Source: an uncultured Thermoleophilia bacterium (GTDB lineage Bacteria; Actinomycetota; Thermoleophilia; Gaiellales; Gaiellaceae). Taken from it: 64,000 nucleotides of DNA. Below are positions 20,458-32,474 of this stretch, one piece after another. A program made the position numbers and the translations under genes. The notes beneath the pieces are model-generated. The model did not search any database, was not told the origin of the DNA, and saw nothing but the letters and a program-made list of their open reading frames with translations. The DNA is taken from positions 300,398 to 364,397 of the forward strand of contig CAVZFN010000002.1 of NCBI GenBank assembly GCA_963774605.1, read 5' to 3'. Within the stretch, counting starts at the first letter, position 1. Each line of letters opens with the position of its first letter.

Positions 20458-22382
20458 TTGGCGCTCGCGGCTGAGGAACGGGAGTACCGGCTCGCCTCCG
20501 CGCCCGTCGCCCTCGGCGTTTCCGCCGCGGTCGCTGCCGGGACGTTTCTGCTTGCCCGCCAGAACGGCGGCTACGACCTCACCACGTGGTCGACCGCGGC
20601 AGTGCTGACCTGGTGGACAGTTGCGCTCGTGGCAGCGCTCGATCTCGCGCCCAACCTGTCTCAGGCGCGCGCCGCGATCTTGCCCGGTGCAGCGCTTGGC
20701 CTCTTCGCAGCCTGGACCGGGCTCTCTGCCGTGTGGCGGCGAGCTGCCGAACAGGCGTATGTGGAGTTCGCCCGTGCCGGCCTCTATCTCGGCCTGTTCG
20801 TGCTGGGAGCGATCCTGCCGAGGCCGGGATCGCTCAGACGTTGGCGCGACGGACTTGCCTGTGGAATCGTAGGCGTCGGCGTCCTAGCGCTCGTCAGCAG
20901 GCTCGTCCCCGGCTCTTTCGGCTCCAGCACCGGCGCTGCGATCCTTCCAACGCTGACGAACCGGTTGAGTTACCCCATGGGCTACTGGAACGGGCTCGGG
21001 ATCCTGCTCGCGCTCGGCGTTCCGCTCCTGCTCGCCGCAGCCGTCGACGCGCGCCAGGCAGCGATGCGGGCGCTGCGATCGGCGCATTACCGCCGCTCGC
21101 TGCCGCGATCTACCTGACCTCATCCCGCGGGGCGGTCGCGACCGCTGCGGTCGGTGTGCTCGTGCTGCTCGCCGCGGCGCCACGTCGCTGGGCAGTGGCC
21201 GCAGCCGCGGCGGTTTCAGCACTTGGTGTCACGGCGGCCGTGGCCGTCGTTGCATCTCGACACGCGCTCACCGCGGGCACTCGCGGTAGCGACGCCGTCT
21301 CCCAGGGTCGTGCAGCGGCGGCCGCACTGATCGTTATCGCGGTCGTGGTCGGCGCCGGCTGGTTGATGCTTGAGCGTCTCGGACGACGCTTGCCGACTCC
21401 CTCTGCCAACATTGGACGAGCGGCGGTCGCGGTCGGCGTCGTTGCGGCTGGGATCGCGGTCATCCTCTCCCATCCGATCGCCCACTTCGACTCGTTTCGT
21501 CAGCCGCCGGTCGGTGTTTCGCAAGCAGCCGGCGACCCGATCGCGTCTCATCTCCTCAGCGCCAACGGCAGCGGGCGTTGGCAGTTCTGGGACGCTGCCG
21601 TTTCGGAGTTCCGCTCAAGCCCGTTCCACGGTCGCGGAGCGGGTTCGTTCGAGTCCTGGTGGGCGGCGCACGGCTCACTCCCGACTTTCGTCCGCAATGC
21701 GCACTCCCTCTACCTCGAGGTGCTGGGCGAGCTCGGTCTCGTCGGCTTGCTCCTACTCGCGGCGTTTGTCGTCACTGCGCTGGCCGTCGGCGTGCGACGC
21801 GTACGCCACAGCGACGATGCGGCAGCAGCCGCGCTGCTCGCTGCGGCCGTTGGTTTCTTGCTCGCAGCGAGCATCGACTGGATGTGGCAGCTGACCGCAG
21901 TCGGCGCTGTCGGCGTGCTCTGCCTAGGCCTACTGACAGGCTCCGGAGGTGCCCGCGCTTACCGGCCTGCCGCCTCGTCCCCGATCGCGCGCGTCGCGAT
22001 CGCCGCACTCGGCGTCGCGGCGATCGCCGCCCAAGCACCACCCCTGCTCTCGCAACTGCACCTCGACGACAGCCAGGCGGCAGCCGCCGCCGGCCGACTG
22101 AACGTTGCTGCCGCTGATGCGCGCCGGGCGCACGTCCTGCAGCCCTGGGCAGCCTCACCGCTGCTCCAGCTCGCGCTCGTCGAGGAACAGTTGGGCGACC
22201 TCGGGCAGGCCGAGGCGTCGGTACGCCGAGCGCTCGCGCGTGACAGATCCGACTGGCGGATCTGGCTGGTAGCGGCACGCATCGAGACAAAAGCCGGGCG
22301 CGTCGCGCGTGCGCGGCGCAGCCTCGCCGAGGCGCGCCGACTCAATCCCCGTTCGCCAATCTTCCAAGGAGGGCTGGGGTAA
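20458..22382 (+). CDS. O-antigen ligase/polymerase-like (Wzy_C) membrane protein with C-terminal TPR, apparent frameshift near 21050-21075
   Basis: ORF 20458..21117 holds the N-terminal helices. ORF 20586..22382 continues with ..AIYLTSSRGAVATAAVGVLVLL.. and ..FVRNAHSLYLEVLGELGLVGLLLL.. (O-antigen ligase motif). TPR-like tail: ..LVEEQLGDLGQAEASVRRALARD... Confidence 0.8.
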
Positions 22383-22465
22383 GCTCCTGTGCCTGGCGCG
22401 AACTGAAGTTATATGGTTCCGGTCCGTCGCAAACGGGAACGAGCCTTCCCACAAATCCGACGGAG

Positions 22466-23903
22466 GTGGCGCGGCAGGTGAGTCATCAAGACGCGTATGG
22501 CCGTGCACGTGCGACTTCCGCCGTGCTCGAACAGGCCGAGACGCCGATGGCGCGCACCCGCTGCTCAGACTCGCCGGCTGCACCGGCCGATTCTGGCGGG
22601 ATGCGCTGCTGCGTCGCCTGCTCGTGGTTGCGGACGTCGCGGCGCTGATGGTCGTGGTGGGGCGCTGGCCGCGTGGGGCGCGACCCGCGATGCCAAGACG
22701 CTGTTGTTCTTCATTCCGGTATGGCTCGTGCTCGCGAAGCTGTTCGGGTTGTACGACCGCGATCACCGATCGCTCCGCCACCTCACGGTTGACGATCTGC
22801 CGACGCTCGCGCTTTGGTCGTTGGCCGGCAGCGCTGCCATGACGTTGGTCTTCATCACTCTGAACAAGCCGGAGTTCATCGCCGACGATCTGGCGATCCT
22901 ATGGATCTTCACGACTACGGTGGCGCTGGTCTTTCGAGGCGCCGCTCGGTCAGTATTCAGGCGGATCACCCCTCGCGAGCGCACGCTGATCGTCGGCGAC
23001 GGGCCGCTGGCGGACGCCGCGCGGCGCAAGCTCCACCTGTTCCCGGAAATCCACGTCGAACTCGTGGGCCGACCGGAGACGTGGACAACTTCCCGAACTC
23101 ATTGCCTCGCGCCACGTCGACCGCGTCTCTTCGGCGACTGAGACGCTACGCGAGGAGACGATCGCGGAACTCCTCTCGGCGTGCCGTGCCAGCGAGACGA
23201 AGCTGAGCGTGGTTCCGCCGGCACGAGGGGTGTTCGGCACTGCGACGCACCTCGAACACATCGGCGAGATGCCGATGCTCGATTACAACACGTGGGACGT
23301 CTCTCGTTCGACGCTGCTCATGAAGCGCGCTCTCGACGTCGCCGTCGCGCTGCCGGCGTTGTCTTGCTCAGCCGGTCTTCGCGTTGATCGCGATCGCGAT
23401 CAAGCTCGACAGCCGAGGCCCGGTTTTCTTCGTTCAGATGCGTGCCGGCCTAGACGGGGCGCCGTTCAGAATGTTCAAGTTCCGAACGATGATCGCCGAC
23501 GCCGAGGGCACGCTACCGACCTCGTCCACCTCGACGAGCTGCGCGAGCCGATGTTCAAGCTCGCAACGACCCGCGCGTCACCCGCGTCGGCCGCTTCCTC
23601 CGCCAATCGAGCCTCGACGAGCTTCCGCAGCTGTTCAACGTCCTCGACGGGCGACATGAGCCTCGTAGGCCCGCGGCCGGAGCAGGTGGAGTTGGTCGAG
23701 CGCTACGAGGAGGAGCACCGGTTCCGCTGTCGGTCAAGCCCGGGCTGACCGGACCGATGCAGGTCTACGGGCGCGGCGAGTTGTCCTTCAATGAACGTCT
23801 CGCTGTTGAGCGCGACTACATCGAGAACCTGAGCCTCGGCCGCGACTTGCGCATCCTCGGCATGACGGTCGCCGTCGTCTTCATGGGCCGCGGCGCCTTC
23901 TGA
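22466..23903 (+). pseudogene. Polyprenyl glycosylphosphotransferase (WbaP/bacterial sugar transferase family), at least 7 frameshifts
   Basis: Family motifs are scattered over all three + frames: LLRRLLVVADVAALMVVV | LFFIPVWLVLAKLFGLYDRD..TLIVGDGPLA | ELIASRHVDRV..KLSVVPP..MKRALDVAVALPAL | IAIAIKLDSRGPVFFVQMRAGLDGAPFRMFKFRTM | [15 protein letters not shown] | [29 protein letters not shown] | [10 protein letters not shown] | [27 protein letters not shown]. The 5' boundary is approximate. Confidence 0.8.
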
Positions 23904-23981
23904 GACGATGAAACGTCGCGAGGCGAACGGACAGTCGGATGAGCAGTCGTACTAATTCGACGCCGGTTACCTGCGCATCGC

Positions 23982-24901
23982 CTAAACGAATGCGCCTCCA
24001 ACATTGAGAGATCGCGTTAGCCCGTCCGGCGCAAACGCGCGACGGGGCAACCCGCGGGCGGCGCGCCATCCGTCGCCGCGACCGCGGATGCCCGTCGCAT
24101 TACGATCGACGACGACTTGGCCGAGCGCGATCACAACCTCGACAAAGAGAGCACGGCTCGCCAACCGCGGGTGCCGCAGAATCCCATACCGACGCAGCAT
24201 GTAGCCTCGACTCCAGCCCATCAGAAGGTTTTTCGCGCTCGAACCCGAGCCGAGGGTGGATGAGTGATGATGGATTGCGCGCGCGTCCGGGGCAAGTCGA
24301 CAGGGAACACCCGCGAGGCGAAGCCGAAGGGCGAGGTCGACATCCTCCAAGTAGGCAAAGATCCGCTCATCGAAGCCTTCGGCGGCCTCGAAGACACTCC
24401 GGTCGAACAATGCCGCCCCGCCGGTCGGCCCAAGCGGCGGCGGTGCGCCGAAGAGCACAATCGACACACTCTCCATGGAGGTAGTCCCAAGCGAGCAGCG
24501 TCCTGGTCCGCAGCAACGCCGGCCGAGTCGATCAACTCAGGAGCGCCGGGCTGAAGAAGAACGCCGGCGACCATCGCGGGCTCGGATCCTGTTGCTTCGA
24601 GCATGGCCTCGAGGAAGCGGGGCTCGCAGACGACATCGTTGTTCACGAACACCAGGCGCTCCGCGGGGTGCGCTCGCACGCCGACACTGAGCGCCGCGCC
24701 GAAACCCCGATTTAGTTCGAGCCGGACCACGACCACGTCGGGATGGCGCGCCTTCGCAGCCTGCTCCGAGCCGTCCGTCGAGGCGTTATCAACGACGACC
24801 ACTTGTGCCGGTGTAGTTTGAGCCGCCAACGAGTCGAGGACGTCAAGCAGTCGTTCGCCCCCGTTCCAATTGGGGATGTAGACGGCCAACGGATTGATCA
24901 T
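23982..24901 (-). pseudogene. Family 2 glycosyltransferase, 2 closely spaced frameshifts near 24480-24500
   Basis: ORF 24221..24901: MINPLAVYIPNWNGGERLLDVLDSLAAQTTPAQVVVVDNASTDGS..NRGFG..FVNNDV.. A third frame reads TLLAWDYLHGE. ORF 23982..24476 then gives SVSIVLFGAPPPLGPTGGAALFDRSVFEAAEGFDERIFAYLEDVDLALRLRLAG. Confidence 0.82.
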
Positions 24902-25055
24902 TGGTGTGTTCGGAGGCGAGGCGAGCGAACCATGCCACAGGATAGATTCAGTTGTCCGATCTGACCCGAACGCATGTGGGTTTGGCGCGCGGCTGACTTG
25001 CCTCGGCGCGCTGGCTACGGAGTGTCGATCGCGGCGAAACTGACGTGGCTGTAGG

Positions 25056-25412
25056 ATGGGGCCGGTGAAACCGACTCCCGCCGTCGCGAGCCGGACGGTT
25101 TCCTGTTGGGCCTGCGGGGCTGCATCTTCGCTGTCGCCTGATCTGGCCGAGTCGTCGACTTACGAATGCGGTTCTTGCAGATTTGGGTTCCGACCAGACC
25201 GAGCCGACGGCGTCGAGCTCTTCGGGAGTGACTACCTCAACGCCTGTTACCAACTACCCCGGGTGGTAACAGTCCCTTGGGCTCAGTATCTGCCATGGTC
25301 GATCGCAATCAGCCACTGCCGCAAGCAGATGTTGTTCGTCGGTCACTCGGCATTTCGACCTCACCCGTGGAAGCATGAGTTTTTACGTGTCGCCGCGCGG
25401 CCGCGCGCCTGA
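25056..25412 (+). CDS. Hypothetical ORF with a CxxC..CxxC zinc-ribbon-like motif; doubtful
   Basis: Track ORF of 118 aa: ..VSCWACGAASSLSPDLAESSTYECGSCRFGF... It lies in the lower-G+C stretch. No RBS or family recognised. Confidence 0.25.
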   Translation: MGPVKPTPAVASRTVSCWACGAASSLSPDLAESSTYECGSCRFGFRPDRADGVELFGSDYLNACYQLPRVVTVPWAQYLPWSIAISHCRKQMLFVGHSAFRPHPWKHEFLRVAARPRA

Positions 25413-25421
25413 CCAAGGGGG

Positions 25422-26691
25422 ATGTCGGAGCGTATCGGAGCCGAGTTTGTTGAGGTAGTCGCGCCACGCCGCCCAAGTTCTACTCGGCGACTGGTCGCAG
25501 TCCTTGGGACAGCCACCATGCTCGCTCAGCTGGGGCAGTTACTCTGGCTTGTAACCGGCAGCCGGTCGTTGCCCCGCACGACGTTCGGTGCAGTTCTCGC
25601 TGCACAAGCGTTATACGGCGTGCTTCAAATCGTCGTCGACAATGGCGCCGCGTTTCATGGAGCGCGTCTTGCGGCCGCGAGCACACTCGACGCGTCGAGT
25701 CGCGCGTCGCTAGTCCGGGTTCGGCTTCAACTGGCGGCGGCCGCAGCCGTGGTCACATTCGCCGTCGGCGCGGCTGGCGGCTGGACCTCAGTACAGGCCA
25801 ATGCACCGTTCGCGGCTGCCCTTGTGCTCTGGGCGCTTTTCAACTACTGGGAACCATACGGGCGCGGCGATGCACGGCCGATGTCCGTCTATCTTGTTCT
25901 TCGCGGGGTGGCGCCGGCGGTGTTCGCCGGTGTGTTTCTGGGACTTGGCACTACGCTGCCCGCTTGCGCCGTCGGGATCGCGGAATGTCTGTCGCTCATC
26001 GGGGTGGAAGCGTATTTCCACCTACATCCGCTTAGGGCCTTTCGGACAGCTCTAAAAGCTGGCCGCGGTCCGTGCGGCGGGTCGCAGCCGTCGGAATTCA
26101 GGCCATCGCTTGGCAGATCGGCATAGCCTCGGGGACGATTCTTCTCGCGGCAAGCGGTGCGCCTGCGGCTGCAGCGGCTCTCGGCGTAGCGGTGAGACTT
26201 CTCACCGGCGTGAACCAACTTTCTGGCGTCCTCGTTACGTCTCTCTATCCGACTCTGGCGCGAGCCAGCGGCTCACATTCTCGGCCCCTTGGAACAGGGA
26301 GGTCAGGATGATAGATCTGGCGGGGCGAGTCGTCGTGTTGCTGGCGTCGTTGGCGCTCGGGATCTTCCTCTTGCGAGAGTCGTTCTTCATTGGATTGTTC
26401 CTTACGAACGGGGGCACCGAGGCGGCACGAACTGCGGCCTTGACGCTGGGCATCGCGGGAATCGCCGGGGTGTCGCTGCTCACGACTTTCGTTCTGGTGG
26501 CGCGCCACCGTGAAGGGATAGCGGCGGTCGCGTTCTCTGCGGGTACCCTCGTCTCAATCGTCTCCGGACTGACGGTCGCCACTGCACATCCTCCGGATGA
26601 GGCGCTTTGGATGGCTGGCGCTCTCGCCGCCGGGCAAATCGTCAGTGTGCTTGCGGTGGTGCTCCGGACGATCGGGTCATGCCCGAACTAA
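25422..26691 (+). pseudogene. Wzx-type oligosaccharide flippase (polysaccharide biosynthesis protein), at least 2 frameshifts (~26060, ~26270)
   Basis: Three consecutive + frame pieces (25422..26126, 26072..26311, 26110..26691) are all strongly hydrophobic. Together they make ~420 aa with about 12 helices. Example: ..AVGIQAIAWQIGIASGTILLAASG..VTSLYPTLARAS... Confidence 0.72.
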
Positions 26692-26941
26692 GGCGTTCTC
26701 TCTTGAACGCCGGCGGATTCGCGCTGGTGCTGCTCGGCGGAGCCTCGATTGCCGCCTTCGACCAATCCACGAACCTTGGCGTTTCTATCTTCAGTTTCGT
26801 CGTTGGGTCGACGGTCTTTCTGAGAGCGCCGCTCGGGACCACCGAGCGATGAAGACTCGCAGATGGTCAAGAGTCCGCTGGGGAGTGTTCGATGACCGAT
26901 CGTGCTCCTCCAAGTCGGTCCAGCGAGTTTCATGCCCAGGA

Positions 26942-27911
26942 ATGTGCTTTGATCCGCCCTTGGCGCCAACCGTCGACGCCGTTATTCCAACGAGAAACAC
27001 CCGTGCGATGACGCTTCGCTGTGTCGAAGCACTTCGACATTCAGGCCCGACTGTCAACGTTCATTGCATCGTCGTAGACAACGCCTCGACCGACGGGACG
27101 GCTGATGAACTGAAACATGGTTCCCCGACATCACCCTTCGCCGCGAGGTCGAGAACAGGGGCTATGGCAGGGCATGCAACATCGGCGCGCGATTCGGCGA
27201 CGCCGAATTAATCCTTATCTTGAACAGTGACGCGATCGCCCGTCCCGGGCTTTGAGCGTCTGGCAGGATTCCTCAGTCTTCATAGGGACTACGTTCTGGC
27301 CGCCGGGCAACTCGTCGATCCGGGAACGGATCATCCGCAGGTGGGATTCTCTATCCGAGGGTTTCCGACGCTTGCCAATCAACTTGCCCTGCTGATTGGA
27401 CTTGAACGATGTTGGCCGACGAATCCAGTCTCCCTTAAGCATCTGATGTTGGGATTCGACTACGAGAGCACTCAAGAGCTAACTGCGCAGCCGGCGGGCG
27501 CTTGTCTGCTGATCCGCCGGATTGACTTCGAGGCAGTTGGCGGGTTCGACGAGGGGTTCTTCTACTGGTTCGAAGACTCGACGTCATCCGTCGACTCCAA
27601 GGACGCGGAAAGATCGGCTACGTGCATGACGCGGTATTTGACCATGTCGGGGCGCAAGTTTCAGTCAGTGGTCTAGGCCGGAGTTGATCGTGGCGCGCTA
27701 TACCAGTCTGCTTCGCTATTTCGCTAAGCATCGCCCCTGCAGCGACGTCATCGTATTGCGGGCCGCGGTGGCCCTCCTCGCCGCTGTTCGGGCACTAGGT
27801 TTCATCCCGATTGATCCACCGCAGGCTCGGGCGTACTTCACCGTGCTCACCCGCACCGTCCCATGTGTAGCTTCTCGAGAAGCGACGAAGTCCCCCGGGC
27901 GCGACGCATAG
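26942..27911 (+). pseudogene. Family 2 glycosyltransferase, at least 4 frameshifts
   Basis: PTVDAVIPTRNTRAMTLRCVEALRHS..VHCIVVDNASTDGTADELKH | FPDITLRREVENRGYGRACNIGARFGDAELILILNSDAIARPG | FERLAGFLSLHRDYVLAAGQL..AGACLLIRRIDFEAVGGFDEGFFYWFED | DVIRRLQGRGKIGYVHDAVFDHVG | FSQWSRPELIVARYTSLLRYFAKHRP. The pieces lie in alternating frames. Confidence 0.8.
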
Positions 27912-28502
27912 TTCCATCGTGAAACGCGATGGGTCCATCGTGAACACGATCATTCGAGCCTTGCGTTGCGACTGTCGTCGGCCTAGTTTTGCGACCCCGC
28001 CCGATATGCAGGCCGCACAAACCTCCTTCGCCTTTTGCTCGACGTATCCGTCGTCGGCTAACCCCCAGGAGCGGTTCGAACGTGCGAAGGTGAACGCCTG
28101 GGGGAAGCTTGTCGTATACGTCCGGCTCGCTCCAATGACCTGGCGTACCATGATTCGGTTACACGTCGCCTGATTGCCCTTGATTTCGGCGGTGACGATC
28201 GCCGGTTTAGCCGGTATGAACGCGCCATGAGCCAACTGAAGTTCAATGGCAGCCCGTCCATTCCGTGTTCGCTCGTGACGGAGCACGGGAGTGAGTGACT
28301 GGAGGTAACCGGTGAGGTCGTCGTACTGTGCCGCGCGCCATACCGTCATGAGGGCCTGCTGTGGCGAGTCGGGCGGCAGTGCCGAGATGTCATGTCGGGT
28401 GACCAAGTTTTCATTTGGAGGAATCGACTGGGGCGCGACCGCACCGCCACCGCACCCAACAAGAAGAAAGACCACTGCGATCGAAAACAGCGCTAGCCTC
28501 AC
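27795..28502 (-). CDS. Hypothetical lipoprotein
   Basis: Track ORF of 235 aa. Lipobox in MRLALFSIAVVFLLVGCGGG. Lower-G+C codon usage. The C-terminal third overlaps the neighbouring GT2 and may be out of frame. Confidence 0.5.
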   Translation of the reverse strand: MRLALFSIAVVFLLVGCGGGAVAPQSIPPNENLVTRHDISALPPDSPQQALMTVWRAAQYDDLTGYLQSLTPVLRHERTRNGRAAIELQLAHGAFIPAKPAIVTAEIKGNQATCNRIMVRQVIGASRTYTTSFPQAFTFARSNRSWGLADDGYVEQKAKEVCAACISGGVAKLGRRQSQRKARMIVFTMDPSRFTMELCVAPGGLRRFSRSYTWDGAGEHGEVRPSLRWINRDET

Positions 28503-28532
28503 TCCCTTGCCAAGGAGCCGGTGACGCGCCCG

Positions 28533-29996
28533 TCAGTTTGCTCGGCGATTTTCAGGCCACGCTTGGAGGCGGCGACGCGTCTGAGCCTGCGACGACGAAG
28601 CGAGTCCAGGCCGGGAAGCTGGCATGCTCTGGAGGACGTATGCAAATGCGACGCCCGCCAGAGCGATTACTGTGTTAGCGGTCATCGTGCCAAGGGCACG
28701 GGTAATGAGCGCGAACGTGCTGGGAAACAAGACCGCATAAAGGAGTAATGCGAGTCTACCTTCGGCAAAGAACAGGTACATCGAGGCGCCGAGTAACCAC
28801 GAGAACTAAGCAGCCGATCGCAACACCGGCCAGACCGAAGTTCCAGAAAACTCGCCCTGCATCGCAATGGGACTCCCGGCAGTCGCCCCGGGATAGAGAT
28901 AACTCGTCACCTGAACATCGAGAGGCTGTGGCTTCCTAGGCCATACTGACCGGGGCACTAGTGCGGCTGGTATCTCCGCCAAGCTCCGTCCGTTGAGCCA
29001 GCCAATCGAATGCGGAATCAAGCTTTGCATCGCAACGAGGTCGTCGAAGGTGCTGAGATCCGCTAACTGCTGCGCCGCAGGAGGCGTATGAAGCGCGCGA
29101 GCAGTGGCCGCCTTCAGGTTGGTGCCTTGCGCATACGTCCGGACGACCGCCGAGAACTCAAGCGTGATCGCGAGGAGAATGGCGATGCCCGCGATCGTGA
29201 TCGTGGTCCGTGGCGTTGGCGTTCGAAAGCGCAAATAGATCAACAGCGCGCCCAGCAGTCCGAGCACGGCTAGGCCGCGTGACGCGAGTGCCAACGGTGA
29301 TAGCAGCGCGAATGGTGCACTGATGAACAGCACGGGCGGCGTGCGGCCTTTCCGCCTCCCTGCAGTGTCCCGGCGAGGGATAGAGGGCCGTTCCCTGCAA
29401 GACCCAGATTCCGAACTGTCCATAAAACGCTGAGCCCTTATTGAGGTGCAGCGATCCTGGGGCGTCGATTAGGGCGCGCGGGCCGCCTTGTCGGATGAAC
29501 AGCGCGCCGGCGAGTGAAACGCCTACGAAGATGGCGAACGCCGACGATCTTTGAGAAACCGGGAAACTCATGTTCGGCAGCCGGTCTGCTGCCCGTCTCC
29601 GTACGAACGCGGACCGCTCAGGTATCCCAGCGACCACGTAGAACACCCGAGAGCGAGGATCGCACTTGTACGAGTCAAATCCCGGACGGAGAAGCCTAGG
29701 AAGAGCAACGGCGCGATTGTGTCTCGGGGGCTGAGATAAAGCTGGATCGGCCGCAGCACGAATGTTGTGGCCCAGACCAGCGCTGCCACCGCGAGTGGAG
29801 ACACAACGATCCAACGCCAAGAGCCAAGCAAGCGAGCCGACTCCCACGCGGTGAGGACTATTACTCCGCTCGTGATGGCAAGGAGCGCAAATAGCATGAT
29901 CGGTGATCGCTGCGGCAATATGCCGGCGGCGCACAGCCAGGCCGTGCCTGCAGCGGCCATGATCCGCAGCGATTCGGCCCAGTCGAGCGGACGCAT
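28533..29996 (-). pseudogene. Wzy-like oligosaccharide repeat-unit polymerase (multi-pass membrane protein), at least 3 frameshifts
   Basis: Four hydrophobic minus-strand pieces: 29568..29996, the middle of 29158..30024 (SSAFAIFVGVSLAGALFI), 28806..29423 (VLFISAPFALLSPLALASRGLAVLGLLGALLIYL..IAGIAILLAITLEF) and 28533..28781 (LLLYAVLFPSTFALI..VIALAGVAFAYVL). The function is inferred from context and topology only. Confidence 0.55.
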
Positions 29997-30011
29997 CCTC
30001 CGTCGTTGGCC

Positions 30012-30900
30012 TCACAGCATGCAAGTGAGTCCACCAGAGAGTAAGCGACGCACAGTAGTGCGGGCGACCGAGAACGCGAACTTCGCACCGATACCGGCGT
30101 AAACGATCAAGTTAGTGGCAAGACTCCTCCGGGGAGCCTCGAACTTGCGATAGAACCTAAACATGCCGTAGTGGAAGGCGTAGTTGAGCTTCAGTCCTCG
30201 CAGCTTCCCGCTCGTCAGCCTTGATGTGGGTGATGGTGACCTGCGGCTCATACCAAGTGACCCATCCCCCGCGTTTGGCCCGGTAACACAGGTCGAGATC
30301 CTCCATGTACATCCAGTAACCCTCATCAAAGGTTCCGACGTGGTTCAGTGCTTCGCGTCGCATAAGCATGAACGCCCATTCACGGCATCCACAGCCCCGA
30401 CTTCAACGTCCGGTGCGCCATAACTCGCAAACCGTAGATTCGTACCGAACCGTCGGCCGACTCCGGTGAAATGTGCGAGTGCGCTAAGCGGCGTGGGAAA
30501 CGAACGCTTGGCCGCGTGGTCGAACGACCCGTCCTCCAGTTCGAGCCGGACAACCCGCAATGCCAACCTCGGGATGCTGCTCCATAAGGTCGAGCATTCG
30601 CTGAAGAGCGCTCTTTGTCACGCGAGTGTCCGGGTTCAGAGCGAGGACATACGTACCCTCGCCGGCGCGGATCGCCTGATTGTAACAACCGAAAACCCGG
30701 CGTTGGTCCGGTTGGCGAACACCGTTTGCGCATGGCTGAAGGCCTGCTCCAGGAAGTAAGAGTGCCGTCCTGAGAATCGTTATCTACGACGAACACGGTC
30801 ATTGGAACGTCCGGGGGAAACTCCTGCAGCGACAGCAGGCAGTCGCGCACCATTTCCCGTGAGCGGTACGCAACAATTACGACATCGAGCGAAACTCCTG
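30012..30900 (-). pseudogene. Family 2 glycosyltransferase, at least 4 frameshifts; 5' boundary approximate
   Basis: Minus-strand pieces: VSLDVVIVAYRSREMVRDCLLSLQEFPPDVPMTVFVVDNDSQDGT (30380..30853), RVVRLELEDGSFDHAAKRSFPTPLSALAHFTG (30345..30566), MLMRREALNHVGTFDEGYWMYMEDLDLCYRAKRGGW (30157..30369) and ..LKLNYAFHYGMFRFYRKFEA.. (30012..30329). Confidence 0.78.
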
Positions 30901-31044
30901 CACCGTGCGATCCTACTCGGGACGATTCGAGGCCAACGCCGCCAACCTAAGGGCAGTTGCAGTCAGGCGATGAAGCGCGAATGGCGTGATCGCGATTGAA
31001 AACGCGGAACCAACTGAACCATGATTCCGCAGATCGCGTCATCC

Positions 31045-32474
31045 CTAGTGGCAGGGAATTGGCCCACCGCAACCGAAGGGTGTTGCCTGCCGGGCTGGTG
31101 GGACAGTCAGCGAAAACGGAATTGAGGTTTCCGAACTAGAGACAAGACGTGCCCGAAGGGCAGATGCAGACGGACTCGAGGCAGGCAGGCGACGTGAGAA
31201 GATCCCGTATCGATCCGTTTGCAAGCGGGCGACCGAAACCCAGTGTTGACCGACTCGTCGCTCGACGATCACCGCGCCGCTCTCGCCGAGCGGCGTCCGT
31301 CCCCATATCGCGACGCCTCGTGGGTCACGGAAGGCAACAAACGGAAACCGAAAAGCCTCGAGCGAGAATTTGGCCTTCCCGTTTACGGTGAAGAAGCCCG
31401 ACTGGTAAGGGGTCTGCCGCAGCGGGTCGTCTTGCAGCCGAAACCAGACGACTGCATCCACGCCTGCGGTCCACATCCGGAAGAGTGCCTCGGAGACCCA
31501 GCGCGCGTGGAGAGCCGAAGGGACTCCCCTGGGATCGGGCGGGTTCGAGTCCCAACTGAACTCTGTAACCCAGAACTCTGGCGATCGGGCCGACAAGATC
31601 GTTCCCCTCGCTTTGGCAGCCATAAGCAGCGCGCGCATCTCGGGAAGGTCACCGATCGAGACGTCCGCAGGACTATGGGCGTGGAAGTTGGCCCACCATT
31701 TGTGTATGGATTGTGCGCCCATATGTCGAAACGGGTGTGCTGGGAGCAAGTTTTTCGGTGAGGCGCCTGCATCGAGACGCACAGGAGGTCACTCATGAAT
31801 TTCATAGGAGCCACCACTTGGATGTCGCTCGAGTCGTGCCCAAATGGCCCGAGTGTCCCTGCGACCACACGATTGCCGGGATTGATGCCAACCACCGCAT
31901 CCGCGAAGGCGTTGACCATAAGTCGGTAGTGCGCGGGAGATACGGGCTGCCGTTCAGTCGCTGCGGCGAGAGTTCGCTCCCTGCGTTCGGTTCGTTCCAG
32001 ACCTCCCAATACTGAACACGTGGAAGCGGAACACTGCCGCCTGCTGGGACGAAGGAGCCGCTGTAACGCTTCGCAGCCGCCCGGGCAAACTGCGCGAGCT
32101 TCGCGGGAGAGGGCCAAGTTCCGGGTAATCCCACAGGCTTGCCACGCACCAGCTGCTGAGCCAGCGATGTACACCAGCGGTGCGAGGCCGCCCTGAACAG
32201 TGTCTACGACCTGTCGGTCGATCGCCTGCCAGTGGTAGGCAGGATCGTTCGGATCCTCTGGGTCAGCGGGCGAGAAGGGTGCAGCTTGGCCCCAAACAAG
32301 GAAGAGGCGAGCGATGCTGGCGCCTGCGGTATGTGCCCGGAGGACGGACGCGTCGGCCCCGTATCCACTAAACGCACCAGGATCGAGAAAACCCGTTTGG
32401 AGCGGATGACCTGCCGAAGCGTTCCCCGCCATGACCAGCGTGACGCCCAGAACCACTATCGCTACCCAACGCAT
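31045..32474 (-). pseudogene. Secreted clan GH-A glycoside hydrolase (PslG/GH39- or GH5-like), at least 3 frameshifts
   Basis: ATG at 32474 gives MRWVAIVVLGVTLVMAGNASA (signal peptide). ORF 31802..32149 carries ..RVQYWEVWNEPN (acid/base NEP motif). ORF 31045..31782 carries ..EFWVTEFSWDS (nucleophile Glu) and the C-terminal beta domain. Confidence 0.72.

Noticed and set aside
25056-25412. Zinc-ribbon ORF as a regulatory or toxin-like small protein of the island
   Set aside because: The only support is a CxxC-x16-CxxC spacing. There is no RBS, the ORF lies in a region full of frame disruptions, and an overlapping antisense ORF is equally long. It is listed with low confidence only.
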